A stretch of DNA of 64,000 nucleotides, from assembly GCA_905365145.1 (NCBI GenBank), contig CAJPIO010000001.1:63484-127483 (forward strand), in the 5' to 3' direction. The DNA is from Candidatus Saccharimonadota bacterium (lineage in GTDB: Bacteria > Patescibacteriota > Saccharimonadia > Saccharimonadales > Saccharimonadaceae). Of the stretch, positions 1 through 9,782 are shown one piece after another. Under the pieces are notes generated by a model. That model was not told the origin of the DNA. It did no database searches and saw only the letters and a list, made by a program, of their open reading frames with translations. Position 1 is the stretch's first letter; each line of letters begins with the position of its first letter. The position numbers and the translations under genes are program-made.

Positions 1-187
1 TTTTATAGAGCGTAGAGGTTTGGTCGCTTATTAGATTCGCTACCATCCAGCTATATAGCCAGAATACGACTATAAGTCCGGCAAAAGTTTGAGTATACAG
101 ACCAGCCACCCGTCCTTTTTTACTGATAGATTTTTTCTTTATTAACTTACCAGATATATTATCATTAACTATTCCTTTATTCTTCAC
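1..187 (-). CDS. Small membrane protein, partial (runs off the window start); positional analogue of 427..717
   Basis: Not in the ORF track. Hand translation from GTG at 187: MKNKGIVNDNISGKLIKKKSISKKGRVAGLYTQTFAGLIVVFWLYSWMVANLISDQTSTLYK. Basic N-terminus then a hydrophobic helix; the GTG overlaps the GCEE end of the upstream ORF, as at 717. Confidence 0.7.
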   Translation of the reverse strand, partial: MKNKGIVNDNISGKLIKKKSISKKGRVAGLYTQTFAGLIVVFWLYSWMVANLISDQTSTLYK

Positions 188-425
188 AACCAACCCCCTT
201 CGGTAGTGTATTTAATTTTATTAATCCTCGTAGCTTGTAGCCGTTTGATCCTGGTTTGAGTGCTGGTGATAGGTAGTCTTCTGGTTTTAGGGCATAACAT
301 TTCTCGTTCACATCTTTGGCGAGGATAATCGGCGTTCCTTTTTTAATATCACCGTCATCTTCTTTCATAACGACCAATTTATTGAATGCGAGTCCGCGCG
401 TCTCGTAAGCGATAGTAGCTAGCAT
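177..425 (-). pseudogene. Orphan copy of the C-terminal ~80 aa of the SGNH hydrolase (cassette fragment)
   Basis: Shares MKEDD, TPIIL.KD.N.KCYALKPEDYLSPAL and LIKLN.LPKGVGCE with the end of 707..3799. Confidence 0.8.
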
Positions 426-426
426 A

Positions 427-717
427 CTAAAATTGAAACTTATTCATACTCCAACCGATCCAATACACTAGAGCGGCAGTAAGTACTGTGAAAACTAATA
501 GCCATATAATTCGCTGCCACCATCGACGGGCCGCAAATACGGAAATAAAACATAAAGCAACAACAACACCAAGCATAAAGCCGTAAAAATCTACGTTTTC
601 TTTCGTAATACATCTACCCAGTAGATAGCAATATATCCACCACGCAGTAACCGCAGAAGCTATATACTGCACAACTTTTCTAACGGTGCTTATCTTATCC
701 TTGTTTTTATCCCTCAC
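427..717 (-). CDS. Small three-helix membrane protein (candidate immunity/partner protein)
   Basis: 96 aa with three hydrophobic segments; GTG start overlaps the 3' end of the SGNH gene. Confidence 0.8.
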   Translation of the reverse strand: MRDKNKDKISTVRKVVQYIASAVTAWWIYCYLLGRCITKENVDFYGFMLGVVVALCFISVFAARRWWQRIIWLLVFTVLTAALVYWIGWSMNKFQF

Positions 718-3700
718 AACCCACCCCCTTCGGCAGCTTATTTAACTTTATTAGTTTACGTGATTTATAATTCTTATCATACGGGCTTAGAGCAGGTGAT
801 AAATAATCTTCTGGTTTTAAGGCATAGCATTTATCATTCATGTCTTTGGATAAAATTATAGGTGTATCTTTTGAAATATTATTCTCTTTATCATCTTCTT
901 TCATGATGATAAGTTTACTAAAGAAGAGATTTTTAGTATCTTCTGTTAGGCTGCTAGCAATGAGTGCTTCGGTATTATCTTTGTTACTTGATTTGTCAAT
1001 ATAGTCATTGTTTACACCTGTTAATCTCGCTGCTCTAGTATTGCGAAAGACATAGATTTTACCTTCGTCTTCATTAAACTCTGATTTACCATTGCGAGCG
1101 ACATAGAGAATTGGATCGGTGATTTCAGGGTCGCAGATGTCGTCGATACCGTCAAGATCCTCATCTTTCCCCGAAGTCTTCAAAAAGGCTCCACAGGGTT
1201 GATTAGCATCTTTTACTCCATCATCGTCAAGATCTTCCTTATCTTTGCCCGTTACTATCAGTGTCTGAGTAATCTTTATATCCTCGCCGCTTGCGGATTT
1301 TCCATAGATAAATAGAGTGTGATAGCCGGCAGGAATGTTATCTGGGATAGTTATCGTTTCCTTCATAGATCCATCATTCAACACGGTATAGCTGCCTAGG
1401 TCCACTGGCTTAGATCGAATCTCGACACGAGCCGAACTGCCAGGTTGCAGCGAGTTCTTTGCCAGTGCAACTTTCTGCTTACTGCCTTTTGAAGGTTTGG
1501 AGTTTGCTAGCATTGTAGTATTCACAGACGAAGGTGCACCTTTGTCAAAATAGATTGACGAGGGCGCATTTACTGATTCATCGCCAGCACTAGGGTATTT
1601 GCTATAAGTCAACAGACTTTCGTGATTCAGCTGTTTCGCTATCTCAACAAATATCATAGTGTGGCCAAACTTGTTTGGATGGTAACTTTCTTGCTCACCG
1701 AAACCTACTATGCCTGTCATGTAAATCTGATATTTCTCGCACATCTTGCCACCGTTCAGTGCTTGTGAAATATCTACATATTTTACACCAGCTTTGCGCG
1801 CAGCAGCTTCGATTACTTCGTTCATGTACTGAGTAGCACGAACTATCATGCGTCGCTCATCTAGGTCTATAGCTCCGGCATTCAGTCCACATGCGGCCGG
1901 TTCCGAATCAGTTATAAACTGTGGATATCCGATCGCGTATATCTTTGCACCAGGACTTGCCGCTTTTAATTCTTTATATAACTCGACAAGTCGGTCAAAT
2001 TGACCCTTAATTTGCGACCCTAGAGTGTCCATGTCCTTTTTAGCCCAGTCACATGTATCCCAGCGCTCGCGTGGATCCACACATGAACGAATTTTCCCAC
2101 CAAAATCCACATCATTCCCGCCCGCCGTCAGCGTAATCACCTTTGGCTGGTATTTCTTCACGAATTCGATTTGCTTGACGCGCCCTGGAATCATCTCGTT
2201 GAGTGCCATCTTCTGCAGTGTGTTTTTGTCAGCGTAGTCTCTTAGTCGGTCATTTTGCCCGTCGTATCCGCCAGAATTGCTGCCATTCAAGTCATAGATG
2301 GTCGCGCCACCGCACGCTACTGTGTCCCACTGCTTAGTGCCTGTTTGCTTCAACTCCATATATTGCGCTAATTTATACGGATACGAACGTGTGCTGATAT
2401 GGCACTTTTCTCCTGGTATGCCTTGCTTTTTATCTTCGTTGACGTCGGTTAGCTGGCGATAGTATTTTTGCCCGGTTGCGTTATTTTTTTCAGTGTCGCC
2501 CTCACCGCTGGAATACGAATCGCCTAGCGCTAGATAGTCGAGTTTTGCCGGATTGCCTGGAACTTTCATGCCGCGATAACCATCGGGGTATTCGACGTCG
2601 AAGGTGGATCTAAAGAGTTTTATCCAATTATTGTATGACTCCGAAAATAAAGAGCTAATATGTCCCTCGTTAGAGTTATTTCCCCAGAGGAATTCTATAT
2701 CACAATTACCAATCATCTGCGTAATACCAGGGCTAGCTACGACTGCGGCGTATAGTTTACTTTTAGCTCCACGTCTTGTTTTTAAATATAGATTTCTTGT
2801 AGGATATTCGCCAGAGAAAACAAATTTATAATCAGACTTATTCTCCGTCCAATAAATAGTGATGAAGCCTGTATAAGAAGTGTCGTTGTGTCTATTTATC
2901 TGGTTATAGCCTATAGCGTATGCTCCTCTTGCTATAGCCGTATATAAGCTTTTCATGTAGACACTATGGTATTTTCTTTGATTAAATTGCTGACGTCTCA
3001 CTAGATTAAGCCATGAATTTGAATAATCGACCCAAGGTGAACCGCACGTTTTTCCTCTAAAGTTGTCAATATAGTTTATTAATTTGTTAGTAGTGATTTT
3101 CTCTATCAAGTCATCGTATTGTGATGATGTTGGCTTCCAGGTTAGCGCAGGATCTTTACTTGGAATCTGTCTGCCTGTATATCCGTCGGGGTACGTTGTG
3201 TCGAACGTAGATACATAGATCTTCTTAGCGGAATCTGCATGAATCCACACGCTTTGTTCGTCAAAATCAGGATACCCCCAGATGAATGCAGGTGTACAAA
3301 GTACACTTTTCTGAATCAATGGACTGGATACTAATGCATAATGGAGGCGTTTGTAATGACCAGGCTTACTTTGAATGGCTATACTGCCATCAGTGCGCCA
3401 CATGTCTGAGAATATAGTCTCGAAGGACTCTTTATCGTGCTCTGTCCAGTATATGTGTATGCGATACGATTTGCCTGTATCATTGTCAACGCGTTCATAC
3501 ACTACAGCATATGCTCCATCAGCCGAAGAAATAGCTGTCTCTAAACTTTTGACTGCTGCTGGATGATTTTCACGGTCGTTAGATTGCTGTCGTCGAAACG
3601 CCCATAGCCATTTATTCGCGTAGTCGTCGGTAGTAGAGCCGCATGTTTTACCATACATAGACGTATAGTTAATCATGGTTGGTGTAGTAAGTTTATCAGT

Positions 3701-3799
3701 CAAAGCGTCGTACTTTGATGTTGCGTGAGCAGCATTCGGTAGTAAAAATGTAAAAACTATTATAGTTCCTGTGATAATACTTACGAGTCTCGTTTTCAT
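707..3799 (-). CDS. Secreted SGNH/GDSL hydrolase with a duplicated N-terminal domain
   Basis: Signal peptide ending AHA; YLALGDSYSSG, TVACGGA, LTAGGNDV and SYHPN blocks; DLDDDGVKD and DEDLDGIDD acidic repeats near the C-terminus. Confidence 0.88.
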   Translation of the reverse strand: MKTRLVSIITGTIIVFTFLLPNAAHATSKYDALTDKLTTPTMINYTSMYGKTCGSTTDDYANKWLWAFRRQQSNDRENHPAAVKSLETAISSADGAYAVVYERVDNDTGKSYRIHIYWTEHDKESFETIFSDMWRTDGSIAIQSKPGHYKRLHYALVSSPLIQKSVLCTPAFIWGYPDFDEQSVWIHADSAKKIYVSTFDTTYPDGYTGRQIPSKDPALTWKPTSSQYDDLIEKITTNKLINYIDNFRGKTCGSPWVDYSNSWLNLVRRQQFNQRKYHSVYMKSLYTAIARGAYAIGYNQINRHNDTSYTGFITIYWTENKSDYKFVFSGEYPTRNLYLKTRRGAKSKLYAAVVASPGITQMIGNCDIEFLWGNNSNEGHISSLFSESYNNWIKLFRSTFDVEYPDGYRGMKVPGNPAKLDYLALGDSYSSGEGDTEKNNATGQKYYRQLTDVNEDKKQGIPGEKCHISTRSYPYKLAQYMELKQTGTKQWDTVACGGATIYDLNGSNSGGYDGQNDRLRDYADKNTLQKMALNEMIPGRVKQIEFVKKYQPKVITLTAGGNDVDFGGKIRSCVDPRERWDTCDWAKKDMDTLGSQIKGQFDRLVELYKELKAASPGAKIYAIGYPQFITDSEPAACGLNAGAIDLDERRMIVRATQYMNEVIEAAARKAGVKYVDISQALNGGKMCEKYQIYMTGIVGFGEQESYHPNKFGHTMIFVEIAKQLNHESLLTYSKYPSAGDESVNAPSSIYFDKGAPSSVNTTMLANSKPSKGSKQKVALAKNSLQPGSSARVEIRSKPVDLGSYTVLNDGSMKETITIPDNIPAGYHTLFIYGKSASGEDIKITQTLIVTGKDKEDLDDDGVKDANQPCGAFLKTSGKDEDLDGIDDICDPEITDPILYVARNGKSEFNEDEGKIYVFRNTRAARLTGVNNDYIDKSSNKDNTEALIASSLTEDTKNLFFSKLIIMKEDDKENNISKDTPIILSKDMNDKCYALKPEDYLSPALSPYDKNYKSRKLIKLNKLPKGVGCEG

Positions 3800-3836
3800 A
3801 AAGGATGCTAATTTTAAAGCTTACGCTTTAAGTATA

Positions 3837-4565
3837 TCATAGCTTGTACAGTCGCACCCATTCCTCGGGAGTCAATTCTGACGGTTTGCGTTCAGGGTTG
3901 ATACTGGCTTTGGTGCGCGGTACGGCAGCGAAGGCTTTTTGCGAGGCGTAGCATTTTGCGACGAAACTTTGGTACTCGTCGCGTTCTAATGTAGGCAAGA
4001 GCGGCTCGGGTCGCGGTTTCAGCTCTAGCAGCACGGTATCGACTGCTGGCGGTGGTGTGAAATCTGTGCGGCGTAGCGGTCGGCGGATTCGTGTCTGCCA
4101 CCATGGAGCTAGTTGTGTGCCTAATTGAGAGGTAAAGTGCCGGTCGCTCGGTACTATTTTTTGTGCGAATTGTTTTTGGACGATCAGGTAAATTGATTGC
4201 GGTGCGTGCATTTTGTTGTTGTTAGTCAATTTGCGTACTATGTCGGCGCTCAAGTGAAAGGGAATATTAGCAAAAACTTTGTATGGTTCATCTGGTAATT
4301 TCGCTAGCAGAAAATCTTGCGCTATTACTTTGACGTTTTTGTGCCGGCGCATATTTTGCTGTAGTTTGCTGAGAGCGCCCAGTTCATTTTCGTATGCTAA
4401 AACTTGTCGGCATCGGCGTGCTAATACTGCCGTAATGGCGCCGCTGCCAGCGCCGATATCTATTACCAAATCGCCGCGGCGTATGTTGCTGTGGCCTATC
4501 AGCTCGGCAATCAAGCGTGGATTACGCAAAAAATGCTGCGAATGGGTAGCGACTTGGCGTCTCAT
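3837..4565 (-). CDS. rRNA adenine N6-methyltransferase, Erm/KsgA family (Erm-like)
   Basis: SQHFL, DIGAGSGAIT, FANIPF and FTPPPAVD motifs; 242 aa. Confidence 0.85.
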   Translation of the reverse strand: MRRQVATHSQHFLRNPRLIAELIGHSNIRRGDLVIDIGAGSGAITAVLARRCRQVLAYENELGALSKLQQNMRRHKNVKVIAQDFLLAKLPDEPYKVFANIPFHLSADIVRKLTNNNKMHAPQSIYLIVQKQFAQKIVPSDRHFTSQLGTQLAPWWQTRIRRPLRRTDFTPPPAVDTVLLELKPRPEPLLPTLERDEYQSFVAKCYASQKAFAAVPRTKASINPERKPSELTPEEWVRLYKL

Positions 4566-4636
4566 AATGTGATTTTACCACGAAAAAGCGGCTAATCAGT
4601 TGGCAATATTTACCATAACCTTTATAATATAAAGTT

Positions 4637-7036
4637 ATGAATGCACACGAAAAACACTCGATAAAGCAATATTTGCGTGCGGCAGACTATCTGACGGTGG
4701 GGCAAATATTTTTGGCAGAAAATCATCTGCTGAAAAAGGAATTAACTTTTAACGATATCAAATCGCGGATTCTCGGACACTGGGGAAGCGGGCCAGGTAT
4801 TAACTTTGCTTACGCGCATCTCAGTTATTCGGCCAAGAAGCATAACAAGGACATGATGTTTGTACTGGGGCCAGGTCATGGCTTCCCGGCATTGCAAGCT
4901 AATCTGTTTTTGGAAGGTACGCTTGCTAATTTTGATCCGTCGATGGAGACTAACCTGGATGGTATTCGCAAACTATGCCGCGAATTTAGCTGGCCGTACG
5001 GTTTTCCGAGCCATTCTAATCCCGAGACGCCAGGCGTGATTCTCGAGGGCGGTGAACTTGGTTACGCGCTCAGTACTAGTTATGGTGCAGCGATGGATAA
5101 TCCTGATTTGACGGTAGCTTGCTTGATTGGTGACGGCGAAGCCGAAACTGGGCCGACGGCTGGCGCTTGGCATCTCAATAAGTTGCTTAACCCGCGCAAA
5201 GATGGTGTAGTATTGCCAATTCTTCACCTCAACGGTTATAAGATTTCGGCGCCGACTGTTTTCGGCCGAATGAGTAATTACGAACTGATGACGCTCTTTA
5301 GCGGCTACGGTTATGAGCCGCGCATTGTTGACGCTACAAAAGACGGCGTCGATCCGCACGACGAAATGGCAAACGCGCTTGAGTGGGCGCACAATTTGGT
5401 TGCCGAGATTCGTGCTAGTACGAACACAGAAGCGCCGCGCATGCCGATGATTATCATGCGCACGCTAAAGGGCTGGACTGGGCCGAAATTTGTCGAGGGT
5501 AACAAAATCGAAGGTAACTGCCTAGCACACCAGACAGTGCTTAGCGAAGCAAAATCTGATCCCGAGCAGCTCAAAATCTTGAACCAGTGGCTCAAGAGTT
5601 ATAAGTTTGACGAGCTATTCAACGAAGCGACAGGTTTTGGTGATTTTGTCAAGGATATCTTGCCTGAACAGCTAGAGAAGCGCTTGGGTATGTCGCCGCA
5701 TGCTCGTGGCGGCGCAACTGTTTATCGGCCGCTGGTGCTGCCAGATGTCGAGCAGTTCGCTGAAGACGCCGAAATCCCTGGCACTATTGGCTCTAGCAGT
5801 ATGCGCCGGGCTGGCGCTTACTTGACCGAGGTCTTTCGTCTCAACGCCGAGAGTAAGAACTTCCGTTTCATGAGTCCAGACGAAACTTATTCCAACAAGC
5901 TTGACGAGATATTCCAGGCTACTAGCCGCAGTTGGCAATGGCCGATCATGGAGTGGGATAAGGATTTGTCGCGTGATGGCCGAGTCATGGAAATGTTGTC
6001 CGAGCACAACATGCAGGGCTTGATGCAAGGCTACGTACTAACAGGCCGTCACGCTATGTTCGCTAGTTATGAAGCATTTTTGCAAGTCGTCGGCAGCATG
6101 GTTGACCAGTATGCTAAGTTTCTCACCCAAAGCCGTAACGTCGAATGGCGCGGTACTATACCTAGTATCAACTATATACTGACCTCGAGCGGTTGGCGCC
6201 AAGATCATAATGGTTTCAGTCACCAGAATCCCGGCTTTATCGACGATATTCTACGCCGCCAGAGTAACTTCAGTGATGTTTACTTCCCATCGGACGGTAA
6301 TGTCACGCTAGTTTGCTTAGAGCATATGTTATCGAGCGTTCGCCAGATTAACGCGCTGGTGGCCGGTAAGACTCTCGAGCCGCGCTGGCTGTCGCCAGAA
6401 CTCGCTCGCCAACAGGTCGATGCTGGTCTGATGGTTTGGGATTTTGCTAGCGATGAACATCCTGATCTAGTTATGGCCGCTTGCGGCGATTATCCGACCA
6501 AAGAAACTATGGCAGCTATTGATATTGTCAAAACGCATTGCCCGAACGCTAAAATTCGCTGTGTTAACGTTTCGAGTCTGACTACTGTTGGCTTTGGTAC
6601 GTTGCGTCGCGTTGCCGACCAAAAGTTCTTTGACAAGGTGTTTACAGATGATAAGCCAGTTATCTTCAATTTCCATGGCTATCCGCAGACAGTCAAATCG
6701 ATTCTCTTTAACTATGCTGTTGATTCGACGCGCTTTGATATTCGCGGCTACAAAGAGATCGGGTCGACGACCACGCCGTTTGATATGCATGTTCGCAATG
6801 AAACCAGCCGCTATGATTTGGCGATTGCTGCATTCCGCCAGCTGGGCCGCAATGGTATCATTCCTTTTGAGGAGGCCGAGCATTTGGCTTCGATTTACCA
6901 AGGTAAGATTGATGAGAATACTGCTTATATCAAGGCTAACGGCGTTGACTTGCCAGAAATTGACGCCTGGGTGTGGCCAGCAGCACGCGGACTAGACGAG
7001 GCAAAAGAGGAAGCCTGGCACGGGCAAACAAATTAA
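4637..7036 (+). CDS. xfp: Phosphoketolase
   Basis: LGHWG, GPGHG, EGGELGY, GDGEAETG, LNGYKI and QDHNGFSHQNPG motifs. Confidence 0.96.
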   Translation: MNAHEKHSIKQYLRAADYLTVGQIFLAENHLLKKELTFNDIKSRILGHWGSGPGINFAYAHLSYSAKKHNKDMMFVLGPGHGFPALQANLFLEGTLANFDPSMETNLDGIRKLCREFSWPYGFPSHSNPETPGVILEGGELGYALSTSYGAAMDNPDLTVACLIGDGEAETGPTAGAWHLNKLLNPRKDGVVLPILHLNGYKISAPTVFGRMSNYELMTLFSGYGYEPRIVDATKDGVDPHDEMANALEWAHNLVAEIRASTNTEAPRMPMIIMRTLKGWTGPKFVEGNKIEGNCLAHQTVLSEAKSDPEQLKILNQWLKSYKFDELFNEATGFGDFVKDILPEQLEKRLGMSPHARGGATVYRPLVLPDVEQFAEDAEIPGTIGSSSMRRAGAYLTEVFRLNAESKNFRFMSPDETYSNKLDEIFQATSRSWQWPIMEWDKDLSRDGRVMEMLSEHNMQGLMQGYVLTGRHAMFASYEAFLQVVGSMVDQYAKFLTQSRNVEWRGTIPSINYILTSSGWRQDHNGFSHQNPGFIDDILRRQSNFSDVYFPSDGNVTLVCLEHMLSSVRQINALVAGKTLEPRWLSPELARQQVDAGLMVWDFASDEHPDLVMAACGDYPTKETMAAIDIVKTHCPNAKIRCVNVSSLTTVGFGTLRRVADQKFFDKVFTDDKPVIFNFHGYPQTVKSILFNYAVDSTRFDIRGYKEIGSTTTPFDMHVRNETSRYDLAIAAFRQLGRNGIIPFEEAEHLASIYQGKIDENTAYIKANGVDLPEIDAWVWPAARGLDEAKEEAWHGQTN

Positions 7037-7057
7037 CGTAAAGAAAAGGGTGGGGGA

Positions 7058-8239
7058 ATGTCATTACTACTAATCGCAAATCCAGGCAGCGCTAGCCGCA
7101 AATACGCGCTGGTCGACGACAAGCTCAAAGAAGTTGCCGCGTTACATATTGAGCAGAGTGGCAGCGAATTAATCGCGACGCTGCGTACTGGCGGCGATAC
7201 GCGGCAAGTACCGCTTGGTTTTGCTGACATTTCCCAGTCGGCTGCACACCTGTATGGCATTTTTAACCGCGAACATTTACTAGAAAGTCCTAGCGACGTT
7301 CGCGCGATCGGCCTGCGTATTGTTGCACCGAGCAACTATTTTCTCAAAGACAGGCTTGTTGACGACGACGTCGTCCAGCATGTACGCGATATTTTGCCGC
7401 TTGACCCGATTCACGTCTCCGGTACGCTGCAAGAGCTAGAGGCTCTGCGCTCGTCGCTGCCGACTGTACCGGTAGCGCTAATTTCGGATAGTGCTTTTCA
7501 CGCTCGCAAGCCGAGCTACGCCTGGAATTATGGTATCAATCTGCAAGACGCTGATCGCTTCGAGATTAAGCGTTTTGGCTATCATGGTTTGTCGGTCTCA
7601 TCTGCCGTTAATGAGCTGTGGAACCGCGGCAAATTACCACCAAAGGTCGTCGTCTGTCATTTGGGTAGCGGCTCGTCGGTGAGTGCAGTTTTTCATGGTC
7701 GCAGCATCGACAACACCATGGGCTACTCGGCGCTAGAGGGGGTAATTATGGCAACGCGTACCGGTTCTATCGATTACACTGCTGCTATGGCGCTCAAAAC
7801 TAAACTTGGTCTCGATGATGATCAGTTTGAGCATTATCTTGATGAGAAGGGCGGCCTACTCGGACTCAGCGGAACTAGCGATATTCGTGAAATTCTTGAT
7901 CGCGAATCTAATGGCGACCATATTGCTCATCTAGCGCTGATGACTTTGATTCACAGTGTCCATAAGGCTATCGGTGCGATGGTGGTCGCCATGAACGGCG
8001 CCGACTTGCTGGTATTTACTGGCACGGTAGGAGAACGTTCGGCGAATTTGCGCCGGCGCATCGTTGCTCACTTGGAATGTCTCGACTTCATACTTGACGG
8101 CAATCGTAATAAATCCTGCCTTAACCCGACTGAATTTACTAGTATTTCGCAAGCGGCAGTCAGTAAGCCGATAATTGTCATACCGACAGACGAAGGTGTC
8201 GAAATCGCTCGCCACACTGTTAAGTTACTAGCGTCATAA
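7058..8239 (+). CDS. ackA: Acetate/propionate kinase
   Basis: NPGSASRK, FGYHGLS, CHLGSGSS, MATRTG and PTDE motifs; directly follows xfp. Confidence 0.9.
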   Translation: MSLLLIANPGSASRKYALVDDKLKEVAALHIEQSGSELIATLRTGGDTRQVPLGFADISQSAAHLYGIFNREHLLESPSDVRAIGLRIVAPSNYFLKDRLVDDDVVQHVRDILPLDPIHVSGTLQELEALRSSLPTVPVALISDSAFHARKPSYAWNYGINLQDADRFEIKRFGYHGLSVSSAVNELWNRGKLPPKVVVCHLGSGSSVSAVFHGRSIDNTMGYSALEGVIMATRTGSIDYTAAMALKTKLGLDDDQFEHYLDEKGGLLGLSGTSDIREILDRESNGDHIAHLALMTLIHSVHKAIGAMVVAMNGADLLVFTGTVGERSANLRRRIVAHLECLDFILDGNRNKSCLNPTEFTSISQAAVSKPIIVIPTDEGVEIARHTVKLLAS

Positions 8240-8329
8240 TTTTGGTCGTTGGAAAGGTGTGTGTTATTGCTGTGGGGACGCCTTTCGTGATCTTTACCAA
8301 ACAGTATCTTTCATTTTGTTATAATAAGT

Positions 8330-9709
8330 ATGATGAAAAGACAGTCACTCGAGACTATTCAACTTGACAAAATCGTTGGTGGTGGACAAGCACTAGGGAC
8401 GCTGGCCGATGGCCGCAAATGCTTCGTATGGGGCGGATTGCCCGGCGAGACGGTTACTGTCCGCATTACCAAAAAGAAGTCGCACTTCGTCGAAGCGATC
8501 GTCGAGAAAGTAATCTCGCCGAGTCCCGACCGTATCCGGCCGCACGACCCAGATAGTTATCTTTCGACCAGTCCGTGGCAAATCATGCCGTTCGAGATTG
8601 AACAGGCGTACAAAAGGCAATTGATTGACGACGCCTTTACACTGCATGGTGTTGCATTACCAGAGATAATTGACATTTATTGCGACAATGTTGCATACGG
8701 TTACCGCAACAAAGTTGAATTTAGCTGGTATAGCGAAATTGGGGAATCTGGTGATACGCTTGATTTAGCATTTTTTCGCCGCGGCAGCAAAGGCAAGATT
8801 GTCGTCGATGGCACGAGCTTAGCGCACCCTGCAATCAACAACTTGGCGCGTACGATCCGTGATTTACTGCGCCATAAACGCGTCGCGGCTCGCCAGCTCA
8901 AAACCTTGCTCGTCCGCTGCGATCAATCGGGAAGTTGCGTATGGCAGTTGTATGTTAAAGATCGCTTGCCCGAAATAATTACCGCTGATGAAGCCGCCAA
9001 ATTACCGGCTCAGGGCGGGGAAATTATCTATTCCGATCCGCGCTCGCCAGCCAGCCGTATCACCGAGCGTCTAGCGTATTTCGGCGACACCACCCTGACG
9101 GACAACATCCTGGGCATACCATTCCGCTACGCCTGCGAAGGATTTTTCCAAGTCAACATCCCGGTTTACGAGCAAGCGCTGCGCGATATGAAGGAGTGGG
9201 TGCAGTACAATAAGGCGCGCCAAGAGCGCCAGCTAGATCAGTTAGCGGCGCGCCGGCCTGAAGAAAAAGATGTTTGCGAGACGGGCGAGCCAACCCTCGA
9301 CCTCTATGCTGGCGTTGGCACCATCGGCCTGACCATTGGCGACGGCAACGTCACGCTGGTGGAAATCAACGCCGATGCTGTCCGCGAAATGCAGCGCAAC
9401 ATCACCGAACTTGACCGCACCGACGCCCGCGCTGTCCTCGCTCCCAGCGAACAAGCTCTCAATTATATTACAGGCAAGGAAATCGTTATCGTTGATCCAC
9501 CGCGCGCCGGCTTGCATCCCGACGTTATTGCGACATTGTTACAACAGCTACCGCCGCGTATCATTTATCTCAGCTGCAATCCTGTTACCCAAGCCCGCGA
9601 CGTCGCCTTACTCCAGCAAAGCTACCAAATCGCCTGGCATCGCGGCTATAATTTTTTCCCGCGTACGCCGCATATTGAACACTTAATCATTCTTGATAAG
9701 AAGCCGTAA
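8330..9709 (+). CDS. rlmD: TRAM-domain RNA m5U methyltransferase (RlmD/RumA family)
   Basis: TRAM segment GGLPGETV; YRNKVEF, FFQVN, DLYAGVG, VDPPRAG, YLSCNP and FFPRTPHIE motifs. Confidence 0.85.
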   Translation: MMKRQSLETIQLDKIVGGGQALGTLADGRKCFVWGGLPGETVTVRITKKKSHFVEAIVEKVISPSPDRIRPHDPDSYLSTSPWQIMPFEIEQAYKRQLIDDAFTLHGVALPEIIDIYCDNVAYGYRNKVEFSWYSEIGESGDTLDLAFFRRGSKGKIVVDGTSLAHPAINNLARTIRDLLRHKRVAARQLKTLLVRCDQSGSCVWQLYVKDRLPEIITADEAAKLPAQGGEIIYSDPRSPASRITERLAYFGDTTLTDNILGIPFRYACEGFFQVNIPVYEQALRDMKEWVQYNKARQERQLDQLAARRPEEKDVCETGEPTLDLYAGVGTIGLTIGDGNVTLVEINADAVREMQRNITELDRTDARAVLAPSEQALNYITGKEIVIVDPPRAGLHPDVIATLLQQLPPRIIYLSCNPVTQARDVALLQQSYQIAWHRGYNFFPRTPHIEHLIILDKKP

Positions 9710-9782
9710 AGTTACTCTTTCTATGCAGAGTTTATCTGGCTAATTCGAATGCAAGGCCAGCTAATTGCTGCTATACTATTAG

